Shown: in pieces, positions 12,446 to 25,000 of the stretch
Numbering within the stretch: the stretch's first letter is position 1
How the letters are laid out: each line of letters begins with the position of its first letter
Assembly: GCA_052327205.1 (NCBI GenBank)
Contig: CM126215.1
Location: 86,676,001 to 86,740,000 of the forward strand
Direction of reading: 5' to 3'
Length of the DNA: 64,000 nt
From: Somniosus microcephalus
Taxonomy: Eukaryota
Notes under the pieces: generated by a model
Told to the model about the DNA's origin: nothing
Databases searched by the model: none
The model's input: only the letters and a program-made list of their open reading frames with translations
Position numbers and translations under genes: made by a program

Positions 12446-12529
12446 GGACTGAGTGCGGCTACACAAGACACATACGACCAACTGCAAATGCAGCCATTAC
12501 CAGCTGTGCCTCCACCCCCTCGTCGCTGA
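12446..12529 (+). CDS. CD247: CD3 zeta terminal coding exon: GLSAATQDTYDQLQMQPLPAVPPPPRR*
   Basis: ttttgcAG acceptor; human [21 protein letters not shown]; ITAM3 = YQGL-x7-YDQL; TGA at 12527-12529. Confidence 0.96.
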   Translation, partial: GLSAATQDTYDQLQMQPLPAVPPPPRR

Positions 12530-13673
12530 GATTCTGAGATTGATATTGCAATACCAAGACAACAGTGGAAAACCTTTAGGATTAACTCAATTCCACCAGT
12601 ATAAAAGTTAATGCTAATCTGGAAATTGTTCCCAACAGTGTTATTTAATTGCAAAATCCAATCTTTTCTTAAATTTGCATTATCTAAAAAAAAATCACTG
12701 TAAAATAAGTATTCTATAGTATCTGTGCCAACACCGGCAAGCTTATCCACCTCTGTAGATCATATTGTATTGGTTGGGACTTTTCAAGTAATAAGAGAAA
12801 AGTAGGCTGAGCCTACACGAATGTTTGAAACAATTACATTTTTTGTTGCATTTTTGCATAGGACATAATGAAATGCTGTGCTATACTGGAGCTGAAAATA
12901 TTTAAAGGTAACAAATATACCCAAATGGAAATATGCATTTAGAAAGATAAAGATAAATAGCTTCGAACAGTGCAAAATGGAAAGAGACAGCATCGAAGCA
13001 GAATTAGGGTTTTCAATCCAATTATGAAAACCAGTTGAAATCCAATCTGAACAGGCATTTTTGGATTATTTGAGAATTAAAACAGCAATTATACAGATAA
13101 GGAACTATGTACATACTACTATATAAATGCAAAGTAACAAGATCTTTTTAGTTGTAAACATTTTTCTAACCAGCAATTGAATTAATTTACTTCAGTGGGG
13201 TATTGTATGAGTTGCAGTGATATTGTCTGAAAATAGGATTTTAGAAAGTGTTGTGCAAGATAGGATGATGTTACCATGCAGATGGTCTCGCTTTTCTTGG
13301 TTGCAACAGAAAGTAAACTACTTGGGTTGAGGGGCAAAACAAAATTTATCAAAAGTCCTATATACCTCAGCATAGCTAGATACAAAATGGGTCACCATTA
13401 CATGGTGCTAAGCAGAACAGTGACTTCAGCATTGCTCGGTTTTCAACTGTATAGGCATTCATTTGGGGCTAAAAGAACTGTGGCAATAAGTTTATAGCCA
13501 GGATAAAATCTTCTGAGTTCATTTTAATTCCCTCCACTGTTCAACATTTAGGCTTTGAATTTGGCTTGCAAAGTAACTTTTTTTATATATCCATTTTTTT
13601 AAGGAATATGTATTTATTTAAAATTAGATGATAAATTATCAGGAATATTCAAACATGCAGAAAAAGGATATGG

Positions 13674-13699
13674 AATAAAACCTAGTTCAATGAAATAAA
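13674..13699 (+). terminator. Candidate CD247 polyadenylation signals (two AATAAA)
   Basis: AATAAA at 13674-13679 and 13694-13699, about 1.15 kb after the stop and just before the next repeat; an ATTAAA also occurs at 13076-13081. Confidence 0.45.
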
Positions 13700-13869
13700 G
13701 CCTTTGTAATCACCCAAGAGCTTTTCAGGCTTGTGTGCCTTTGTATCGTATCAGTACTTTCTGCCACTCAAGGGATCTTTGGCCAAATTTTGTAGTTGCT
13801 GCCTATGCATTCAATAGCCACTGCATAAATACAGGAAATGCAATGGCTACTTAGCTCATGTGTGATAGT

Positions 13870-14100
13870 CACTTTTTAACGCAGCGAGTTATGATGATCT
13901 GAAATGCACTACCTGAAAGGGTGGTGGACGCAGATTCAATAGTAACTTTCAAAAGGTAACTGGATATATACCTGAAAAGAAAAAATTTGCAGGGCTATGG
14001 GGAAAGAGCAGGGAAGTGGGACTAATTGGATAGTCTTTCAGAGAGCTGCCACAGGCACGATGGGCCGAATGGCCCCCTTCTGTGCTGTAAGATTCTGTTT
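13870..14100 (+). mobile_element. CR1 3'-end fragment
   Basis: gcagattcaatagtaactttcaaaagg..gcagggctatggggaaagagcaggg..gggccgaatggcccccttctgtgctgta; same family as 29120-29375. Confidence 0.85.
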
Positions 14101-17100
14101 CTGGGGGACATTTTTAAAGATAGTATATCAGCAAGTCAGAAGTAACTGACTCAACTACAGCTACTACTAATTACCTTAATGCCCTGTATTAGGCATTTTT
14201 TGTTTTGCATTCTGAAAATAAGGTCCTGGTTGCTTTATAAAGCAGCTTCCTTTGTTTACTACTAATAATTGCAGCAATCAGACTAAATCCATCATAATCT
14301 GAGCACAACATTTTGAATACTCTGTAAAAAGATATTTGTAAAGATATACATCCATGAACAAACCAATGAACTATTCATAATTACATTTATGCATAGACAG
14401 ATCCAGGAAAGTGGTGAGATTAGTTGTTTCTTTTAAATGAATGGACAACTTGAACGCCTACAAAAGGTGAAATTAACAGCCAATTTTCATTCTCAAGAAA
14501 TGAAACGCCCTGTCTAATTGTTACAATTTGAAGCAGCACTCCAGGGTGCGATTTGTTAACTTATTTTGAATCTGGGCCTAACTGATTTAGAAAGATGATT
14601 CTATTTCTTGCTTAATTTTCTTTTGCTGTTGCTTAAAGAAATTTGTAGTCATTGTTCATTTTACACATTTTTATGTATTTAATGTTATGTTTTCTATAAT
14701 GCCTGTCAACTTTTCTGTATTAAAAGATGCTAGTTATCAAGATTGATTTGAATATTAATAATCCTTTGATTCTTTAGTCCCAAGGACAGTGCGTCATTCG
14801 GAGAATTTATTTTTCAGTGAAGCCCAACAGTCTTTCCAATTAATTGACATAATTACATCAAAATAGATGAAAGTTTGAGAACTGTTAAGAGTGACGATGG
14901 TAAATTGACCATGAGCCAAGAATGTATTATTCTAAGAATGTGCATTATAAACCAACACATTTACACTGAATAGCACAAATTCTGTAATAGGCAAGATTTA
15001 AACAATATAATCTTGATGGCGTTGAAGTGGCGGGTTTCTGGCCTGGCTCTTCATCTCCTGTAAGAATGAGAAGGGAAACAGTCCATTAGTTGGTATAAGT
15101 AATCACTCCTTGTAACGCAGCCAGCAAAAGCCAACCAGTTAGTTTGTTATGACAAGGTGTACTGAGCGTCCTATAACAGCATAAAATGTAAAACAGGAAA
15201 CAAGATGAGCACCAGGCCTTCGTAGCCTTATAAACAGAGATACAATAATAAAGAAAAGCCTTATAATAGGAGTGGCACATACATCTTATTCATCATGGGA
15301 AGAGTGTGGTGGCATCAATACTTGTCATCACCTAGCACTAGTCCAGCCAACACAAATTGCCCATGGCTGTCTTCTGCAATTGTCAATCTAAAGAAAAAAT
15401 CTTTAAATGATGGGAAAAGGATAGTCGGGATTCCAATAATTTTGCAATATGAAATATGCATCACGAGAATTCATTGCAGTGAAATTTTAAAATAATTTAC
15501 TGCAGTGAGTTAAAGATGGAATAGTAGAACAGCTATAAGCACAATCATTCTTTGGAACATAAGGACTGATTCTGTAATCTCAAGAGAATGCAGCCATTTA
15601 ATCCTGTTCAGTAACAGAGGGAAGAAATGACCTTAGGATTGTTGTGCATGTGACATACTTACCCAACTGGAGAGAGTTCAGCAGATTTGGTGGGGTCAGT
15701 TAATTTTAATAATTTACATATGCTCCCTATGCAGTTTGAGCCTTGCAGAGGGACCATAATAAAGGGAGTTTGCTGAACATGATGGGCTGCTGCTCAAACG
15801 TAAAGACAAATGGCCTCATATAGGGAGACAATATTTTTGGAGCCTATTTTAAGGCTCAAAAATATTCACAACAGTTTTTAGCATTTGCAAATGCTACCGG
15901 GGGGCAGTGGAAGGAAGAACAGATGTGAGTGGTTCAAAGACAGCATGAGGTATGAAACAGAGTAAATAGCAGAATTGGTGCTGGCCCCAACCAGTTTGAT
16001 GGCAGGTTAAATTGATATTCTACTTAATGAACTGGGTGCAAGAAAGCTTGCCGATGGGGTCCCCCCCCAGGGCACTTTCTCCAACGGATATCAGTGCACA
16101 TCTAGCAGAAGGTGGCAACCAGACTGAACGCTGTCCAAAGTTACTACAGAACTCGGAAATAGATGCAGAAGAAGTTGACACACTTTAAATAATCTGGCAC
16201 AGTAATAAGACTAATTAATAGTAGCACGCACCAGGTATATAGCACATGCTACTAAGTGTAGCTGTCAACCTGTTGTGCATTTACTGCTTGCCCTGCCAAG
16301 CCTTCAGACAATGGGACAAGTTTTTCATTGTATTGCATACATACCCATATCTCAGCAGGCTACACAGTCAAGATGCTGTGTACAATTGGTATCCTTGCCA
16401 CATTCACATCTTCCTAGGGCTTCTGGTTCGAAAGGGCAGCCACCAGTGACCCCTGCACTTTTGAGAAATACATCAATATGGCAATATTGGGCACATGTTA
16501 TGGTATTCAGTGTGAATGGAGATAATAATTTACCATGCCGACCAATACAAAAAGTCACCTACTTGATGCACGCAATACCTGATACTGTAGCACAAATTGG
16601 GACTGGGCCATAAATATAACAATTGAGGTCAGGTGCGGAGAAAGAGGTTGCTGATGGATTGTTGTACATGGTGCTGCTTAGGTGCTATTTCAACTATAAT
16701 TTAAAATTAAATACAACAGACTGGAGACACAAGGTATGTGTTTTTCTTAGATGATTAACACACATTGTTTAAGATTAACCATCAAAAAAGGTCAAGTACT
16801 CAATGGTTGTATACTTCAAAAGAATGGACTGCAAAGGTAAGCAGAAAATAACTAAGTTTCCCATCAGCATTTTAAGTCAGAATTTTAATGAACCAAGACG
16901 CCATTACAAAAATGAATACAAAATGATTAGATAAAATGACCACATTACAATACAAAAAAATCTAGCTGCAATGGAATTCTTTCATGGCAGTTATTGAAGA
17001 CGGCTTTATCTGCAATGACTCACTATACAATGGAAATTATTTTGAAAAGGAAAGTTAAAAACCAAAGAGTACCTTAATGCAGACAGAAGCAATATTGTTA

Positions 17101-19726
17101 AATTTGCATTTCTAATACAACTGAGCAGTTCTCAATTATCAAGAATACTTATCACTGTGTATCTGGTTTCATAATAAATTAGAAAAAATAGGCTTTAGTT
17201 TGAATAGATATTTTTAAATTAAAGGGGTGGGGAATAAATTAACACCTTAAAGTTCAAATATTTATCCAATGTACAGCAGACCAGACTAGTAGCCATTTAA
17301 CATGACCCTAAAACCAGGCAGCATCATGTAAAATCAGAGATATGTGCAATCATCTAAGTCAAACTTTTTTTTAAATCTTAAATTCAAGGGATGCTGTTTT
17401 CACATCTTGATTGGAAAGCATTGAAAAATTGTGCTCAGTTATAGTTGTCATCTGCTAATTTAGATGAGTTTGTTTTTCTGGCTCTTGTGTTGAAACTCCC
17501 GATACAAGTTGTTAGTTCCAGTTCAAGCTTCTACCTATATAATTGGCTGATGATTTATCTACTAATGCAAATTTCATGAACCAGTTTTCTGAATGAAGCA
17601 TGCTACAGCATTCCATGTTAGGGAGGCAGGATCATTCTCAACCTGCAGAGGTTTAGTTCATTGACTAGAGAAAAACACAGCTGGTAATTTGAAAATTAGT
17701 AAGTTGAAAAAGTAGATAAAATCTGTAAAAGCTTGGTTATTGATTCCTAGTTAGAATTTGGCAATTTTTTACTTCTGTAGATATAAAACCAATATTTTGC
17801 CCTTTTGAAGTATATAAATCTTTCACCACCTTCAACTCCCTACCTAAATTAGTCATCCAACTAACTGTAGGGTTATCATAAACAAGTTAGCTATATTTTT
17901 GTTCCCATCCAACAGAGTACTGAATTTTAAATTAAATTCTACAACCACATAGCTATTTTGTTGATGATATGATCATCTGTAACAGACTACTAAATTTTAA
18001 GTGTTGGAAGTAACTTCCTACTTCTGACACCTTAAAAGACAATCAATTGCTTCAAAGTTAACACTGATCCCAAATACTGATGTTGATTCAGCAACTATTC
18101 AAAATGTTGAGCCCCCCTAAAGAATAAGCAATTTCCCAGAAATTCCCGACTAAATTTGTCAAAAATATTTTTCCACAAAGATATTTTCCCAACGTGATCA
18201 GTAGTATACTAAAGGCCCCTTAATCATTGAGGTTCAATTCAGTGGTTCCAGTTAAATTTATACAAATGTGTTAAAGGATTGAATACACAATTAAAAAAGA
18301 CACACAACTGAAATGATCTGCAAATGTGTAGCTACGTCATTCATGAATGAAATACTGAGAAAAACTAACACTAAACGGGGCAGAATATTTAGTACCAGGA
18401 ATAAGCAAAAACACCAAATGAAATCAAATAACTAAATTTGTCAAAGTGTAAAATTTAATATCCTGACAGTTTAGTTCTTACAGTTTCCCAAAGGTTAATC
18501 TTTGCACTTCTAATTGAGTTCATCATGAGCCAGAAATGATACTGTACATTGTAAGTTCATATGGTTATACCAGTACACAGCAATATACAAATCAATGCTT
18601 AACAATAATGCCTTACTGTTGCAATGTGTCAGTATACAATTACAATGAAGTGTGCATTCACACCAGTTTATTGTTGGAAATACTTTACACACAACATAAT
18701 GTCGCATTCCTGCTTCTAACCTCAAAGGCTAGAGCCATTTTAAACTTTCCATTACCACTCTTCAAAAAGATCATGCCATCTATTGTATTAAAAAAATTCA
18801 CAGTAAAATGTTGCACAACTGAATACGAGTTAAACTGAAACTGCTGCATTAGTAATAGAAGACATACCATCCTGTGATGTAAAAATTCTGAATCCCAGTG
18901 AGGATCAGGGTTAAAAAACTGTATGGACCTTGATGGCTGCAACTTGTTGATATAAATGGGGTAAAATAGTTACTTAAAATTTTTCATCATTTTGCTTCTT
19001 TCATATTCACACTATTTTTACTGCTCCTGCCAAACTTTTTTCTTAGTCATTTTAAATGAAATGGTCAATTGACCAAGTCAAAATATTGAATGGTCACGAT
19101 AGCTAATATACAGTTTAACTTAGATTAGGCAATACTGCCCTTCTTCCAGCTATACCTTGGTGATTAATTGTTTATTTATAAGGTTGCTACTAGCCAACTG
19201 ACATTGATGTTCATTTATAGGCACTGTAGTACAAATAAATGGCAAAGGCATTTTTTTCATATTTACGTACACTAGATTTATGGATGGAGAATTTTAAACT
19301 TTATTACCTAATCGCATCTTGGAAATACTTTTGCTTGTAAACTAGTTAAACTTGCTAGTGTTGTACCCTAAACCCTTTAAACAAGTTGTGTTAGTTCTGC
19401 AAATTACTAATTAGTGGTCCATTTTAACATTGTGTACCATGTCAGCATTATTCTGTTGGGTTTATTTTCAAATCACTGGTAATAGGCAAACTTTTCTTGG
19501 GAACTGTAATTATTTTTCACCAATAAAAACCACTTCTCTTCAAGATCAGTTTACAAATACAATGAAGACCTCTCAACTAGATGGGGAAATATTCAGATCA
19601 GTGGTTTGGGGCAATCATAAAAAGTAGCCCGGTAATAAATCAAACTATTCAGGGGCCAAGCATTTTGAGATCATGCCAATTGACAATGGGGCAGACTGCT
19701 CCAATCTGTAGTTGATGAAAGGACAA

Positions 19727-19798
19727 GGGAGGTCCTGATCATCAGAACACGGGAGATCCTGATCATCAGAACACGGGAGATCCTGGTCATCAGAACAC
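19727..19798. repeat. Tandem repeat, 3 x 24 bp (gggagatcctgatcatcagaacac)
   Basis: Three adjacent copies, each with 0-1 substitutions. Confidence 0.9.
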
Positions 19799-22009
19799 AA
19801 CATTTTCTGGGCAATTAGAATGGTTGCCTAAACACAGCGTGTCAACACAGGGTCAAATTATGTATCCAATAATATGGTGAAACTGGAATAATTTATAAAG
19901 GCCTATCTGTCAAACAACTGTTTTGAATCAAACTGGAAATCTTGAGCAGCCACTTTGTATGAATATCTCACATAACATTAAATAAGGAACAAGATTTAGA
20001 ATTATAAACTATTACTTAAATAGCTATGTAAAACCTCACTTGCACATCGATTTGGTAAATGGAATAACTGGATCTCTTTACAAACCCAACAGCAAAAACG
20101 CTAGAAATTTTTTAGTTTAATAGATAGGTTAATTCCTCTTATTTCATACCTTGTCATTCTACTTCTGTAATAAACTCTCCAATTCAGTATAATGTTTTAT
20201 CAAGAACTGCTTATTTTCCATAAAGAGTAAAAGGGTAGTAAAGGGGTCTTCATTAAGCAGCCTGCAAATTACAAGCAGCATACAAGGTTGTTTAATGTGG
20301 CCAGCACCTTCGAGGTGGCTCTATGTCAACATTTTCACACATTTAGGAGAATCCTTAAAAGTTTGGTACATTTGTTTTCATGGAGAGCAATGCTACTACT
20401 TAATGCGGAGCAATGCTGTTACAAATTAGTTGCAATCTCTCTTGCAGTTCATCAAGGCTAGACGTTTTCAGTCACAGATCAAGGTTTTGATCTTTTTGGA
20501 AAAGCTTCAAGCCATGCATCCAGAAGAACATCACAGGTAGTTGTCTTTATTACCGAGTTCTGAATTTGTGTTAGACTGATTCAAAAATATACAGACCACA
20601 TTCAGTGCAATTGTTCTGTAATTAAACAGGTTTATAACTAGTATTGCTCAATTACCAATTGATAAATCTGGGAAACTGGACAGCAAGAATGTAATCGTCC
20701 ACAAGAACACTGATTTTTTGCAGTATCCTGCATCATCTCCCTTTCATTAAATATTGATGTTTTTACAAAATCTATTTTTTTAAACCTAGTCAAATTGCTG
20801 AAAAAAGGCTATCTTGATGAAAGTGACAAAGAGTCTGGCAAACAGATTTTTTACCACAATTGTTTATGCAAATTATAGTCATAAGGTTGAGTGTCTATTG
20901 GATCTCTTTGAAGGCAGCATTCTAAAATATCACCAATTTCAACTGCCTTAATAGCAACAGCTTTTGTTTATGGTTACTGTTGAAATTTTGTGTGTTTATT
21001 TTAGGAGAATTGCATCTTGCCCCAGAGCAACAAGCCCTTCAGGATACCATTTTGGAAGTTTCCCTTCAGCGTTTGAGTTGCTGCCAACTGAATTTCAGTG
21101 TAGGGCTTTTTGAAACAGGGCTGTTATCCCAGTCCTACCAAGAAGTAATAACAAGTAGTACAAAATGTGAAAGCAGAACTAGCAGCTTATGCAAAGAAAA
21201 CAAACCGAGGCATCTTTAAGGACTAATTACAGTAAACCTAAAGTTGACTTGAATCCTCAACACTAAGATGCTGTCATTACACATTAGCTACTGTTTTTTG
21301 CGACATTTGCACTGGTAAAGGTCCGACATTTGTAACCATCTATCAGAAGTTTACATTAAAAATTGTCAGCGTATATGTGAACACACTCAACTATGGTACT
21401 GCATTAAGGTGCACTGGATACAGGGACGTCCGCAGGTTACCTGTGCTGCAGTCTTATTGTACAAGAAATACACCATGCACGAGGGGGTAGCTCAATGCAG
21501 TTGAAAACCTTACAGTTACACTCGCTGAGTTGCTGCACATCTTCATTCAGACATACTGAGTTAATAAATCATGACATTTACTCATTGGCAACAGTATCCC
21601 TTTTTTCTTGGTCATCTACAGAATTCATACACAGAATACAGTAAAAGACCACCAAAAATCATATCTACATATCATTTTAGGCCAGCAAAAGCTGTCTTTT
21701 GCTTTAGTTCCCATAATTCCTGATTTAAACAAGTTCAAATGTGATCAGATGCAACCAATTAGGTTCATTCCTTAGGAATGTTTACATTCGTGATGTGGTC
21801 ACGTGGAAATACTGAACAACAGATTTATTTGGACTCTTCATTCTGCCAGCTACCCACTGAACAACCTGCATGAAAGTTAACAGTTTAGCTTCTTCTTTAA
21901 AGGAGGCTCACTGGCAGTCCAGGACCAGAGGGCGAGAAGGAAGGAAGGAAGGAATACCCTGAACCAAAATGAGTAATGCAAGATGCTGAAAAAGGCAAAA
22001 AACATCGCC

Positions 22010-25000
22010 CATTTTCTAGAATTTTATATTTAATATATGTCAACAGTAGGCACCTATAACCACATTGTATATTGGTCTGGTTGGAAATTTTGGGATTCAT
22101 GCATTCCTATTTGAATTATTTTGTTGTGAATAAGCTGGATATATATTTTTTTAATTGATTTAATTTTCAATGCCATTATGTAGATATACTTTTTTTTATA
22201 TATAAGAAAGGAATACTGCCTATTGAAAAACTTTTTTTTAAAAAAACCTTCCAATAAATAACACATCTAAAGAATATAAGCCTGCGGACGTCCAAAATTG
22301 GATAATATGTACACTTTTAAAACTATGAACAACTAGGCAGTGAAAAACAGTTATGTTCTCACACACAAAGACACACCCAAAACATACAAAAATACTATAT
22401 CTTAAACTACCAAGTAAGACGATTTAATTTTTTATCTCATGCCATGACTTAAGAGCAATACACTGAAACGAACAAGGATTTGACAACAAAAAAAACCTTT
22501 TATCCCAGAAATATACCAAAATATACATCTAAGCTTTGGAATTACTGAGGTTAGACTAATGCCTGCTGGGTAATTGCATTTAATACACAATTCTAAGGTT
22601 GCAAAGAAGAAACAAATCTTTGGTATCTGCATTAGGCGAATGTTAACATTTGTATTTTGCTTTGGGATAGAGCTTGTATGATCCTACAACCCCCATTTAG
22701 TACTCAAAAAAATTTTCACTGAACACAAAAAATCCATCTTTCTCCACACAAAAAAGTACTGAGTCTCTATCTAGCACAAGGTTGAGGAATACAATGCATA
22801 GTTGCACAGTGGTATTATGAAAAGGAGATGAAACCTTTGTAAGCAAGCTACATCTTTTTTAGTCTTCATTTTTCTTTCACAAAATGAAACGGCAGCGTCC
22901 AGCCTGTTACAGTCAGTTCTGAAGAGCACCTCAGTGTGTATTAATCCAGATCACCCAGCCCAAAGGGATAAATGCCCCTCAGAAGAGCCAATCCTACCAC
23001 AGGAGTCTCCAGTCTTTTAACCAATCAAATAACACATGGCGCTCCACTTTTAGCAGTCCCTCTACTGCTTCGGTAGACAGAATGAAGCAGATTTCTTTTA
23101 CTTTATATCACTGTAAGCAATTCACACTTTTGGAATAAGATTAGTGTAGGACTGAAGACATTTAAAAAAAAATTTAGTTCATACAATCATTAATAAGTCT
23201 TTGGTTTTATCAGCACAATGTAAAGTTGCTGGCATGTAACAAAAGCACTAAGCATGACAGGAAAGACCATCACTAACATTTACATTCAGAAAGTGAGTGC
23301 TATTCTCAGGGTATTTTTAATGATGGACACAACACCCTTACCTGATCTGATACAAGATTGTCAAAATTGAACAGCCATTTGTTATTCAACCAATATTTGG
23401 CTACTAGCACTACTGTGCAATCGTCTGTTTGGACTTGGGTATAGCTGAGGGATAGAGCCAAGGAAAAGAATTACTGCACAGTGACAACTGTACACGACAA
23501 GGTATGAAGATGTATTGTAGTTTCCAGTGGACAAAAATGCACCGTGTCAGGGATTAGGCTTGTGGTATACAAGCACATAAACTGCCATTTTTGTGTTTAA
23601 GTGTGTGGCCTTAAGAGATTGACAATGAAGCTCCCAATATACGTGAACGCATCAATAATTGTCAATAATTTGGGCTGAATGTTCAAGAATGTATTTATCC
23701 ATCTGATTTACATACGTAATAGTAAAAATTCAGCAAGTTAAATCAGCCTACATTTTCACTCAGCTAGGTTTAATAGCCTGTCTTGACGACCAGATACAAA
23801 AGAGTTTCGGTCGCCGAATACTGGGTTTACATCTAGCGGGATACTCGTGTCTCGTGGGAGTGAAGTGGTGACCCGCCAGCATATCTAGCCAGTTCTCCCA
23901 GTAGAAAGTTGTGAGTCAGGCCAACAACTTGCCTGGGTTATGTCATGGGAGCAGCCAAGAACACGATCTATTGGATATAAAGCAGGGGAAGCAATGGGTT
24001 GCCTCATGTGCCGTTAAGCACGGGTGAGAAGAAGGTGGTGGTTCAACAGTTTGGCTAAAATTTCAGTGGGGGGGGGGGGGGGGAGAGGTGTGGAGGGCAT
24101 TAATGGCCAAGTAAGATAAACACAATGAAGAAGTTAAGGAATTGCAATATGCCCAATGTTTACTTAAACTTTAGTTGTCAATTCTGACTGCTGTTATTCT
24201 CCTGCCGTGCTAGTGCTGATGCATGCCAGATTTTCTTTTAAAAAGTATACAGTCAGTGGCAGGTTCAGCCACTCTGAGGGGGGGAGATTAAAGCGAGTTA
24301 CTCAATCATGAGTTAGAAATGAGGTATACAACAGCTCCTGTACCTAGGACAAATGGTGAAACCACCATTTAAGCAATTGAGGAAGAAAATGAAATAATCA
24401 TACCAGGCGAGTAGACAAGTGTAACTTACAGGCATTTCCATTTAAAATTTGTAAGATGCTCAAGTAAATAGGTCACCAGACAAGGTATATTCCCCCCCCA
24501 CCCCCGCCTCGTAATTCCAGTAGCAAAAACAATCATATAAAGTCTTGCTGCACTGATGACTCCACTGAATATGATGTAATTTCAAAACCCACCATTGCAC
24601 AGGACATAACAATCCCTAGGGTAGTTAGTGCAGTCACAGATACTTGCAAGTCCCTAAACTTCTATTTGGGATATTAATAGCTGCTGATCAGACAGTATGA
24701 TCATTTTTAAAGGTATCCCAATGTATCGATAATCAAAATATGGAGGAATACCAATTCGCTGAGTGTATCAGATTTCTTTCCTCAGGTAATTAATCTCTAC
24801 TACACCTAAATTACTACTCTATCACAATTAGAATGGTTTATAATTAAGCCCACAATAAAACAAAACCTACTCATTAACTAGTAATTTCTGCTGCAGATCA
24901 AGACTGTGACAATATCCCAAATGCACCAGAACTTACACAAAAGTAACTAACTGTATGATTGTCCTATGGTAGATGTGATGCTTTTACAACTTATATGGAG

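Noticed and set aside
12247-12750. 167-aa - strand ORF
   Set aside because: Overlaps the CD247 last exon on the opposite strand; no recognisable domain.
15585-15630. Weak resemblance (SH..F.NR) to the start of the mouse eta exon
   Set aside because: Too short; the 22.9-kb segment gives a longer, colinear match.
19727-19798. 24-bp repeat as a CRISPR, hammerhead or C/D snoRNA candidate (CTGATGA on the - strand)
   Set aside because: No spacers, no GAAA/stem II, no proper box pairing; a simple minisatellite.
12673-20873. Octamer motifs ATGCAAAT/ATTTGCAT at 12673, 17102, 17565 and 20866 (possible Oct-1 autoregulation)
   Set aside because: A handful are expected by chance in AT-rich sequence of this length, and they are not tightly clustered.
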